From Candidatus Nanopelagicales bacterium (GTDB lineage Bacteria; Actinomycetota; Actinomycetes; S36-B12): 64,000 nucleotides of DNA. The stretch is taken from NCBI GenBank assembly GCA_009694585.1, contig SHUQ01000003.1, positions 590-64,589 of the forward strand, read 5' to 3'. The stretch's first letter is position 1, and each line of letters begins with the position of its first letter. A program made the position numbers and the translations under genes. Positions 39,303 to 47,243 of this stretch are shown piece by piece. Under the pieces are notes generated by a model. It was not told the DNA's origin and searched no databases. It saw only the letters and a list, made by a program, of their open reading frames with translations.

Positions 39303-39875
39303 ATGAACCATCGAAGCCGGTGGGTCATCACTTTTTTGGTAGCGCTCAGTGGGATCGTTATGAGCTCGACATTGGTATCTGGTCCGCCGGCAAACGCGCA
39401 CGCGATCATCGATTTAACGGAAGTGGCGGCGGTTGCCGGGAAATCCAGTTCGATGACCCTCGAAATCCAGCACGGGTGCTTAAGTGACGTCGCTGGCACT
39501 ACCCAGGTTATTGCGTTCGCCGGCAAGCCTTGGGGTGCGATCAAGCCGGGCGCGGTTAGTGGCTGGACGATAGCAGTGGCACCGGTTCCCGATGGCGGCC
39601 AGCAGATCACCTGGACCGTCCAAGGTGCTCCACAGCCGTTTTCTACCCCGGTTTTCTTTCCAATGACAGTTAGGTGGCCAAAGTCCGCCGGAATTTATGG
39701 CTTGCGGGTGCTGCAGGTCTGCCCCAGCCAGTCCACCTGGTGGGATACCCCCTTCAAGCCCGCGACAGCATCATTCCCGTCGCCGCCCTTAACCCCGCTG
39801 GCTCAGGTGTTAGTGCAGGATCGGGCTAGGTCAGGTGCTACCTCGACTACCGCCCACGCATCGGAACCTGACTAG
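39303..39875 (+). CDS. ycnI: YcnI-like (DUF1775) secreted copper-binding protein
   Basis: 190 aa. The signal peptide ends ...PPANA, followed by HA (N-terminal His). YcnI-like pattern: TLEIQHGC, GW, ITW, Q.C...W. Confidence 0.65.
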   Translation: MNHRSRWVITFLVALSGIVMSSTLVSGPPANAHAIIDLTEVAAVAGKSSSMTLEIQHGCLSDVAGTTQVIAFAGKPWGAIKPGAVSGWTIAVAPVPDGGQQITWTVQGAPQPFSTPVFFPMTVRWPKSAGIYGLRVLQVCPSQSTWWDTPFKPATASFPSPPLTPLAQVLVQDRARSGATSTTAHASEPD

Positions 39876-39883
39876 GTGCACTC

Positions 39884-39908
39884 GGGGCACTGATCGGCGA
39901 TCAGCCCC
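39884..39908 (+). terminator. Hairpin downstream of ycnI
   Basis: GGGG(CA)CTGATC-ggc-GATCAGCCCC. No U-run follows. Confidence 0.3.
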
Positions 39909-40082
39909 GAAAAACGACCCGTGGTCAGGGCACACCTGATCATCTGGCAGAATACGGAGGTCTTGCCGCCCGGTTGGCCCTCTATCCTTCCGATGCGGCA
40001 ACCCGCAAGGTTTTCGCCCAAAGTCGTGTCCCCACGCGATTGACGGCGCGCACCGCCCCAAAAAACAGGAGATAAGCCCACC

Positions 40083-40580
40083 GTGGCCGTAAAAATCAAA
40101 CTTAAGCGTCTTGGCAAAATCCATGCACCTCAATACCGCATCGTGGTTGCTGACTCGCGCACCGCGCGTAATGGCCGGTCCATCGAAGAGATCGGTCTGT
40201 ACCAGCCGATGGAAGACCCAAGTGTCATCAAGGTCGACTCAGCCCGGGTTCAGTACTGGCTCGGAGTTGGTGCACTGCCGACCGAAGCCGTAACCGCAAT
40301 TTTGAAGGTGACCGGGGATTGGCAGAAGTTCAAGGGCCTACCCGGGGCCGAAGGCACCCTGCGCGTGGCCGAGCCCAAGGTCACTCGCCTAGTGACCTTC
40401 GAGGCGGCCATTCAAGATGCCTCCAAAGAGCCCAAGACACCGGTCAAGAAGCCGAAGCTCGAAGTAGCGGTTGAAGCCGCACCCAAGCTGGAGGAGAAGG
40501 TGGCCGACGAGGTGGCAGCCGTTGTCGAAGTTATCGAGGCCGATGAGGTTGTCGAAGTTATCGAAGAAGGCAAAGCCTGA
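40083..40580 (+). CDS. rpsP: 30S ribosomal protein S16 with an extended acidic/Ala-rich C-terminus
   Basis: Sequence begins [46 protein letters not shown] upstream. Confidence 0.95.
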   Translation: MAVKIKLKRLGKIHAPQYRIVVADSRTARNGRSIEEIGLYQPMEDPSVIKVDSARVQYWLGVGALPTEAVTAILKVTGDWQKFKGLPGAEGTLRVAEPKVTRLVTFEAAIQDASKEPKTPVKKPKLEVAVEAAPKLEEKVADEVAAVVEVIEADEVVEVIEEGKA

Positions 40581-40819
40581 TGCTGGAAGAAGCCCTGGCG
40601 CACCTGGTTCGTGGCATTGTCGACAATCCAGGTGATGTGTTTGTAAGTGAGAGGGAGCAGCGTCGGGGCAAATGCCTCGACGTTCGGGTGCATCCGCAGG
40701 ACATGGGTCGGGTGATCGGCCGAGCTGGCCGCACCGCGACGGCGCTACGCACGGTTGTGACCGCACTTAATGAAGGTCGCGGCGTACGTATCGATTTCCT
40801 CGATGTCGCCGAGCGCTGA
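40580..40819 (+). CDS. KH-domain RNA-binding protein (KhpA/YlqC-like)
   Basis: 79 aa. GXXG motif in VIGRAGRTA. Conserved position between rpsP and rimM. Confidence 0.88.
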   Translation: MLEEALAHLVRGIVDNPGDVFVSEREQRRGKCLDVRVHPQDMGRVIGRAGRTATALRTVVTALNEGRGVRIDFLDVAER

Positions 40820-40833
40820 CAAGCTAGATATTT

Positions 40834-41355
40834 ATGCGCGTCGTCGTCGGCCGCATCGGTAAACCACATGGCCTGCGAGGTCAGGTAACCGTTGAACTCA
40901 GAACTGATGAGCCCGATGAACGTTTCGCTCAGGGTTCAGTTCTCTTTGCAGATGGCGCTGTTGGAAAGTTAACCGTTGCCGAAATTCACTGGCACTCTGG
41001 TCGATTGCTAGTAAGTTTCGTCGGTTACGAAAGTCGAAGTGCCGCCGAATCCCTGCGCGGGACCATGGTCGAAGTCGAACGCGATGAGGCGGCTTCGCCA
41101 ACAGAACAAGATGAGTACTACGACAGCGCGCTGATCGGGTGCCGAGTCGAAACATTAAGGGGTGAACTTGTTGGCCTCGTAGACGATGTCGTCCACCTGC
41201 CATCCCAAGAATTACTTTCGGTTGTCACCGCAACTGGGCGTGAGGTGCTGATTCCATTTGTTTCGCAGATTGTGCCAACCGTTGACCTGGCCAATCGCCG
41301 AATTCTCATTGATCCACCCATCGGCCTGATTGAGGAGCCGGCCGATGCGAATTGA
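40834..41355 (+). CDS. rimM: 16S rRNA processing protein RimM
   Basis: 173 aa. Begins [15 protein letters not shown] and has a PRC-barrel C-terminus. Confidence 0.9.
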   Translation: MRVVVGRIGKPHGLRGQVTVELRTDEPDERFAQGSVLFADGAVGKLTVAEIHWHSGRLLVSFVGYESRSAAESLRGTMVEVERDEAASPTEQDEYYDSALIGCRVETLRGELVGLVDDVVHLPSQELLSVVTATGREVLIPFVSQIVPTVDLANRRILIDPPIGLIEEPADAN

Positions 41356-42073
41356 TGTCGTCACTATTTTCCCTGACTACTTCACGCCTTTGACTTTGTC
41401 GCTGCTGGGCAAAGCCTCGGCCTCAGGGTTAATTGAGGTATGCGTACACGACTTGCGCACGTTCACCCATGATCGGCATAACACGGTCGATGACAGCCCC
41501 TATGGCGGTGGACCGGGCATGGTGATGAGCCCAATTCCTTGGGGCGAGGCGTTAGATGCGATTGCAGCAAAAGAGAAGACATTGCGCCCGGTTTTGGTGG
41601 TTCCAACCCCTTCGGGTGCAGTTTTCGATCAACGTGCTGCCCAAGCATGGACCGCAGACCCATGGCTGGTGTTCGCCTGTGGTCGCTACGAGGGCATTGA
41701 TGCGCGAGTCGCTCAGCATTATGCGAAGTCCAGCGAGTGGGCGGGGGTGCGTGAAGTCGGTATCGGAGATTATGTGTTGGCCGGTGGTGAAGCGGCGACC
41801 TTAGTAATAGTCGAGGCGATCGCCCGCCTGCTTCCTGGGGTTGTTGGAAATGAAGCCAGTGTGACCGACGACTCATTTGCTGCCGGATCGATGGCGCAAC
41901 TAGTCGAAGGCCCGGTTTTCACCAAACCACAGGAATGGCGCGGGCTCGCGGTACCTGAGGTGCTACTCAGCGGTCACCACGGGCAGATCGCGACTTGGCG
42001 GGCCGAGCAAGCTCGGCTTCGGACGGCACAGGTGCGCCCAGAATTAGCGGCGGATGGTCAAATGGACCACTAA
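41345..42073 (+). CDS. trmD: tRNA (guanine37-N1)-methyltransferase
   Basis: Start taken at ATG 41345 ([13 protein letters not shown]). Motifs [10 protein letters not shown] and GDYVLAGGE. Confidence 0.93.
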   Translation: MRIDVVTIFPDYFTPLTLSLLGKASASGLIEVCVHDLRTFTHDRHNTVDDSPYGGGPGMVMSPIPWGEALDAIAAKEKTLRPVLVVPTPSGAVFDQRAAQAWTADPWLVFACGRYEGIDARVAQHYAKSSEWAGVREVGIGDYVLAGGEAATLVIVEAIARLLPGVVGNEASVTDDSFAAGSMAQLVEGPVFTKPQEWRGLAVPEVLLSGHHGQIATWRAEQARLRTAQVRPELAADGQMDH

Positions 42074-42080
42074 AGCTAGG

Positions 42081-42101
42081 CGCCCGATGTAGGGCGGTTT
42101 T
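42081..42101 (+). terminator. Weak terminator-like hairpin after trmD
   Basis: CGCCC-gatgta-GGGCG followed by GTTTTGG. The stem is only 5 bp. Confidence 0.25.
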
Positions 42102-42114
42102 GGCCCGGGAGTCA

Positions 42115-42244
42115 CCTGTGGCAGACTTACCGAGCACGCCCGGGGTGCCCCGCCACAGGGGAAGCCTCCGGTTTTGAACTAACGAGCTGTTTCCGATCCC
42201 CAAAACGGGGCCAATAATCGTGGGCGACCTGTGGCGCTTACAGG
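42115..42244 (+). promoter_or_regulatory. Candidate four-segment RNA switch in the rplS leader
   Basis: Segment A CCTGTGGC (42115-42122), B GCCACAGG (42152-42159), C CCTGTGGC(G) (42228-42236), D ACAGG inside the SD (42240-42244). The possible pairings are A:B, B:C and C:D. Confidence 0.4.
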
Positions 42245-42257
42245 AAGTGAACCCAAG

Positions 42258-42650
42258 ATGAAGACCCTTGACGGCGTTGACGCATCATCCCTAAAGACTG
42301 GGCTCCCCGACCTTCGATCAGGTGACACCGTCAAGGTGCACGTAAAGGTTGTCGAAGGTAGCAAGACCCGTGTGCAGATTTTCCAGGGTGTGGTTATTGC
42401 TCGAACCGGTTCGGGTATTGGCGAGACTTTCACGGTTCGCAAGGTTTCTTATGGTGTTGGAGTAGAGCGCACCTTCCCGCTGCACACCCCAATTATCGAG
42501 AAGATCGAGTTACTCACTCGCGGTGACGTGCGTCGTGCCAAGCTGTACTACCTGCGCGATCTGCGCGGTAAGGCTGCAAAGATCCACGAGCGCCGAGAGA
42601 ATGTGCCAACGGTGGCAGCTGCGGTTGTCGAAGCGCCATCCCAAGACTAA
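42258..42650 (+). CDS. rplS: 50S ribosomal protein L19
   Basis: Start taken at ATG 42258. Sequence [49 protein letters not shown]. Confidence 0.93.
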   Translation: MKTLDGVDASSLKTGLPDLRSGDTVKVHVKVVEGSKTRVQIFQGVVIARTGSGIGETFTVRKVSYGVGVERTFPLHTPIIEKIELLTRGDVRRAKLYYLRDLRGKAAKIHERRENVPTVAAAVVEAPSQD

Positions 42651-42716
42651 AACCCTGCTGTTATTAAATCCGCAAAGTGATTCGGTGCTACCCGGAATCG
42701 ATGGTCTGATTTAACG

Positions 42717-43400
42717 ATGGCTAAGAGTCGACGCGGTGCTTGGTGGGATCTACCGCTAACTTTCGTCATTGCTTTTGGCGTGGTCCTCCTTCTCACCACA
42801 TTCGGCGCGAGCCCATTCTCAATCCCGTCGGGCTCCATGGAAGACACCTTGCAGGTAGGTGATCGCGTACTTGTGAACAAGATTACTTATCGTCTGCGAC
42901 CTATTGAACGCGGTGATGTCGTGGTGTTTGACGGCACCGACTCATTCGTTGAAGCCGGTGAAATCCCAAAACGCGATCCAATTACCGGAGCACTTTCTTC
43001 GCTGGGCCAGTCGATAGGTGTGGTGCCACCAGATAGCACGGATTTCGTCAAGCGGGTCATCGGAGTGGCGGGTGATCATGTGGTGTGCTGTGACGGCGAA
43101 GGTCGCATTACCGTTAATGATGCTCCGCTCGATGAAGCTTCTTATACTTTTCCTAGTGACTCACCAAGTGACATGAACTTCGATGTCATCGTGTCCGAAG
43201 GTAAGTTGTGGTTGATGGGTGACCACCGATCAAATAGCGCGGACTCGCGCTACCACCTTGGCGACCCAGGCGGTGGCATGGTGCCGCAAAGCCGGGTGGT
43301 GGGACGGGTGATGAGTGTGCTGTGGCCCCTGAACAGGATCCAATCCATCCCGATCCCTGAGACATTCGCGCAGGTCACAGCACCGAGCACGGCTAACTGA
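42717..43400 (+). CDS. lepB: Signal peptidase I (copy 1)
   Basis: 227 aa. Motifs SGSMEDTL, KRVIGVAGD and GDHRSNSADSR. Confidence 0.9.
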   Translation: MAKSRRGAWWDLPLTFVIAFGVVLLLTTFGASPFSIPSGSMEDTLQVGDRVLVNKITYRLRPIERGDVVVFDGTDSFVEAGEIPKRDPITGALSSLGQSIGVVPPDSTDFVKRVIGVAGDHVVCCDGEGRITVNDAPLDEASYTFPSDSPSDMNFDVIVSEGKLWLMGDHRSNSADSRYHLGDPGGGMVPQSRVVGRVMSVLWPLNRIQSIPIPETFAQVTAPSTAN

Positions 43401-44164
43401 TGGCGGTCTCGGCGCGCGATGATGACAGCGTCCCGCAATTGCCTGAGCCGGTGGCGGGTGGTCGGCACCGTAAAGGGGAGCGTAAGGAAGCGAAAGGCGG
43501 CGCCCTCCACTTCTTCAGGGAAACCGCAATTATCGTGGTTTCAGCACTGGTCCTGTCAGCGCTAGTGCGAGCCTTTTTGATTCAAGCCTTCTATGTACCA
43601 AGTGCTTCCATGGAAGAAACTCTTTTGCCGAATGACCGCATCATTGCGGCCAAGATCACCACTCGAATTTCAGGTGTACAGCGCGGTGAAATCATGGTTT
43701 TCCGCGATCCCGGCGGCTGGCTGCCGACCCCCGAGCCAGCTCCTTCGGGTGCACGAAGTTACTTGCGAACCGCGTTGACCTTCATCGGCCTGATCCCAAG
43801 CGATAGCGGGCAAGACTTGGTCAAGCGGGCAATTGGAGTTGCTGGAGACCGAGTCGCGTGCTGCGATGAGCAAGGGCGCATTGTGCTAAATGGGGTGCCG
43901 TTGGATGAGTCCTATGTAACCGGACCAACCGACCAGGTGCGTTTTGACATCGTGGTGCCGGCCGACTCCATGTTCATGATGGGGGATAAGCGCGATAATT
44001 CGAGGGATTCGCGCTACCACCTAGACGTCAACAACGGCGGTGTTCCACAAGATGCGGCTGTTGGCCGCACGGTGCTGACCATTTGGCCACTCGATCGCTT
44101 CAGTGTCCAGCCCATTCCGGAGATTTTTGGCAACCCAGCGATTGCCCGGGGCGCACCTGACTAG
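43400..44164 (+). CDS. lepB: Signal peptidase I (copy 2)
   Basis: 254 aa. Motifs SASMEETL, KRAIGVAGD and GDKRDNSRDSR. TGATG overlap with copy 1. Confidence 0.9.
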   Translation: MAVSARDDDSVPQLPEPVAGGRHRKGERKEAKGGALHFFRETAIIVVSALVLSALVRAFLIQAFYVPSASMEETLLPNDRIIAAKITTRISGVQRGEIMVFRDPGGWLPTPEPAPSGARSYLRTALTFIGLIPSDSGQDLVKRAIGVAGDRVACCDEQGRIVLNGVPLDESYVTGPTDQVRFDIVVPADSMFMMGDKRDNSRDSRYHLDVNNGGVPQDAAVGRTVLTIWPLDRFSVQPIPEIFGNPAIARGAPD

Positions 44165-44243
44165 CCTTTTGTGTTCCCCTCATTGGGGGCCACCGCTTTT
44201 GTGTTCTATTTTTCGTCACAAAGTGTGCAAGCGGCTCCGCGCA

Positions 44244-44591
44244 ATGTCTTTTTGCGGGCAGTTAATCGGGGTGGCGGCTGGGGTCTTTGCGCTGTTGGTT
44301 TTTGGTCTATTTGATGCTGGCTCGGATCTGATAGGGGTTACTTGGCCACGGGCCGGTGCCTTGACTTTGGCACTTTGCTTGACCCTTGCGGTGATGGTGT
44401 GGCTGCACGTGCCCCATGCTCCAGCCGGGGCTACCACTTTGATCGTGGCCGCTGGCTTGATGACGGCGCCAAGTCAACTGTCGATTAGGCTGCTTGCGGT
44501 CTTAGTCATGATCGGGCAGGCGATATTGATAAATCGGGCCCTTGGCGTGCCTTTCCCGCTTTGGGGACCTCGCGGGGACGCCTCAGCCTGA
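44244..44591 (+). CDS. Short HPP-family-like membrane protein
   Basis: 115 aa from ATG 44244. It has 3-4 hydrophobic helices and the HPP-like motif HVPHAPAGATTL. It may be a truncated form. Confidence 0.45.
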   Translation: MSFCGQLIGVAAGVFALLVFGLFDAGSDLIGVTWPRAGALTLALCLTLAVMVWLHVPHAPAGATTLIVAAGLMTAPSQLSIRLLAVLVMIGQAILINRALGVPFPLWGPRGDASA

Positions 44592-44661
44592 CACTTGGTC
44601 TAGGACAAAAAATTGGCCGTCACTTTGGTGGAGGAATCCGCCAAAAAACTGGGGGTAAGAG

Positions 44662-44690
44662 GTTGACGGTGGAGGAAAATGGAGTATAGT
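44662..44690 (+). promoter_or_regulatory. Candidate dcw/mraZ promoter
   Basis: TTGACG, 17-nt spacer, TATAGT. An A6 tract lies at 44643-44648 in the UP-element position. Confidence 0.55.
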
Positions 44691-44740
44691 GGCGCCACTT
44701 GGGGTGACCAGTGTGACTAATGGGGCGGGAGGTGGAGCAG

Positions 44741-45172
44741 GTGTTTCTGGGAACGCATGCCCCCCTACTGGACGACAAAGGCCGCTTGGTCTTGCCGGCA
44801 AAGTTCCGTGAGGGCTTAGCCGCCGGGCTGGTGCTCACCAAGGGACAAGAGCGCTCGATCGTGGTGTGGCCCGCGGCGGAGTTCGCGTCATACGCCGAAC
44901 GTCTGAATGAAGCCTCCCGTTCAGATGCCCAGGTGCGGGCCTACCTTCGGGTGCTGTTCTCGGGGGCTTTCGACGAAATCCCAGATCGTCAAGGTCGCAT
45001 CACGGTGCCGCCTGCCCTTCGCGAATACGCGGGCTTACACCGGGAAGTGGTGGTTGTGGGTAACGGCAGCACGGTCGAAATGTGGGATGCCGCCGCCTGG
45101 AACTCCTATTTAGCCACCCAAGAGGATGCGTTCTCGGCAATCAGTGAAGAGGTGGTGCCCGGGATTTTGTGA
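44741..45172 (+). CDS. mraZ: Transcriptional regulator MraZ
   Basis: Start taken at GTG 44741 ([24 protein letters not shown]). A second repeat reads [27 protein letters not shown] upstream. Confidence 0.93.
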   Translation: MFLGTHAPLLDDKGRLVLPAKFREGLAAGLVLTKGQERSIVVWPAAEFASYAERLNEASRSDAQVRAYLRVLFSGAFDEIPDRQGRITVPPALREYAGLHREVVVVGNGSTVEMWDAAAWNSYLATQEDAFSAISEEVVPGIL

Positions 45173-45323
45173 TGCCGCGCGGTGAGGTCTCCTCCCGCTC
45201 CCGCAGTTCCTGACGCACTTCCCCGGCGCCAGGGGCTCGCTGTAAATAGCGGGCGGGGACCTGACCACGCGGCCACTCGAAGCACCGCACGCAACTAAAT
45301 CGGACTAGAGATAAGTGGAGGAC

Positions 45324-45533
45324 ATGATGACTGCGCTAGCACGGGAGTACACGGAACTGACGGCGACATTGCCGCAGCAGTTGCCAGGTGCACCCCTATT
45401 GCACGTGGTTCCCTCCACCCGTCCGGTACGTAATGCGCTGCGTCTTTTCGCCGTATTGGCCCTGGCCGCGGGTCTGACATCAGCAGCAATGGTTGGCTTC
45501 GCCACTTTGGTTAGCGGCTGGAGCCAAATCTGA
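45324..45533 (+). CDS. Hypothetical 69-aa C-terminally anchored membrane protein between mraZ and rsmH
   Basis: A GGAGG SD lies 3-6 nt upstream of ATG 45324/45327. The TGA overlaps the rsmH ATG (TGATG). Sequence [69 protein letters not shown]. Confidence 0.45.
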   Translation: MMTALAREYTELTATLPQQLPGAPLLHVVPSTRPVRNALRLFAVLALAAGLTSAAMVGFATLVSGWSQI

Positions 45534-46483
45534 TGGCAACTGCAGTTCGTCACCAACCGGTGCTGCCGGATCGGGTAATCGCGCTCCTGGCCCCGGCGCT
45601 CACTGCCCCCGATGCGGTACTCGTAGATGCCACTTTGGGGCTTGGCGGGCACGCCGAACATGCACTTACACAATTCCCAAACCTGCACCTTGTCGGTCTA
45701 GATCGTGATAACCAGGCCATCGAATTATCTCGTGAGCGGCTTTCAAATTTCGGGGAGCGCATCACGCTCGTTCATGCGGTATACGACGAACTACCGGAGG
45801 TGCTGCGATCCCTCGGGTTGCCAAAAGTGCAGGGTATCTTGTTTGATCTAGGCGTTTCGTCGATGCAATTAGATGAAGCCGAACGCGGTTTCTCATATGC
45901 CAATAATGCTCCGCTTGATATGCGAATGGATGCATCCACGGGGGTAACCGCGGCAGACGTACTAAACACCTATGAGGAAAAGCAACTTGTGCGTGTGCTG
46001 CGAATGTACGGCGAAGAGAAGTTTGCCGGTCGAATTGCCTCGCGGATTGTTAAAGAACGTGCAGTTACACCATTCACTAATTCCACTCGCTTGGTTGACC
46101 TGATTCGCGATGCTATTCCGGCTCCGGCTCGTCGTACCGGAGGCAACCCGGCCAAGCGCACCTTCCAGGCCTTGCGGATTGAAGTAAATGGCGAGCTGGA
46201 TGCACTCGGCGCTGCGCTGCCGGCTGCACTTGACGCCTTGTGCCTTGGTGGGCGCATTGTCGTCATGTCTTATCAGTCACTTGAAGACAAAATGGTGAAA
46301 CGGGCTTTTGCTAAAGGTGCGCATCCAGATATTCCGCGAGGGCTTCCGGTGATTCCCGAGGAGCTATTACCGTGGCTGCGCCTGCTGACACGCGGTGCCG
46401 AGGTTGCCGATGAGGCGGCGCTCGCCGACAACCCGAGAGCAGCATCGGTGCGGGTTCGAGCAGCAGAGCGGGTGGCAGCATGA
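45533..46483 (+). CDS. rsmH: 16S rRNA (cytosine1402-N4)-methyltransferase
   Basis: 316 aa. Motifs HQPVL and DATLGLGGH. Confidence 0.93.
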   Translation: MATAVRHQPVLPDRVIALLAPALTAPDAVLVDATLGLGGHAEHALTQFPNLHLVGLDRDNQAIELSRERLSNFGERITLVHAVYDELPEVLRSLGLPKVQGILFDLGVSSMQLDEAERGFSYANNAPLDMRMDASTGVTAADVLNTYEEKQLVRVLRMYGEEKFAGRIASRIVKERAVTPFTNSTRLVDLIRDAIPAPARRTGGNPAKRTFQALRIEVNGELDALGAALPAALDALCLGGRIVVMSYQSLEDKMVKRAFAKGAHPDIPRGLPVIPEELLPWLRLLTRGAEVADEAALADNPRAASVRVRAAERVAA

Positions 46484-47229
46484 GCGCAACTGCCCGCAAG
46501 CCTGAGGTTAATCCTGAAGGTGTGGTTGATGTTGAACTCGCCCACGCTGATGTCACGGAATATGCCACCCGTGGTGCGCATGCCCGAAAGCATGCTCGGA
46601 CAAATTTGAGATTGGTTTCGCCACTTCGCCCCGAGCGCGCCAGTCGTGGAGTCTTCATACTTTTCGTGACCGGACTACTGGGTGTTGGACTAGTTGCCAT
46701 GCTGGTAATTAACACCGCCTTGGCTCAAGGAGCATTCCAGCTGAGTGAATTGCAGCAGGAACAGTCGGCACTTAGTGAGCAGGAAGCTGTGCTCACCCAA
46801 GTGGTTGAAGCTGCGTCCACCCCTGGCGCGCTGGAGGCGCAAGCGCGAGCCCTCGGAATGGTGCCGAGCCAAAACCCGGTCTTCCTGCGTCTTCCTGATG
46901 GCGCGATCCTTGGCAATCCCAAGCCTGCACCGGGCCGTCCGATTACCATCCCGCTCACCGCGGCTGCAGCTGCGAACACTCCAGCGGACGCCACTGCGCT
47001 TGAGGCGGTTAGCGGCGATGCGGTCGGTACGGACCTACCGGTCGCACCGGGGGAGAACTACGACCCGGCCGCGGCAGATGCGGCCAAATCGGCCAAGGGT
47101 GATGGCAAGGGCGCTGGTAAAGGAGTTGGCAAAGGCAAGAAGAACGAGAACTCGATGTGGTCCGAGGTCCCGATTGAGATCGGCGACACCAGCACCGATG
47201 CCGGACTTGTCGCTCAACCGGTGAACTGA
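46480..47229 (+). CDS. ftsL: Actinobacterial FtsL-like division protein
   Basis: 249 aa. TM segment [24 protein letters not shown], then the coiled coil [24 protein letters not shown]. The C-terminus is low-complexity Pro/Ala/Gly/Lys. Confidence 0.75.
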   Translation: MSATARKPEVNPEGVVDVELAHADVTEYATRGAHARKHARTNLRLVSPLRPERASRGVFILFVTGLLGVGLVAMLVINTALAQGAFQLSELQQEQSALSEQEAVLTQVVEAASTPGALEAQARALGMVPSQNPVFLRLPDGAILGNPKPAPGRPITIPLTAAAAANTPADATALEAVSGDAVGTDLPVAPGENYDPAAADAAKSAKGDGKGAGKGVGKGKKNENSMWSEVPIEIGDTSTDAGLVAQPVN

Positions 47230-47243
47230 GCAACGGCTGCTGC

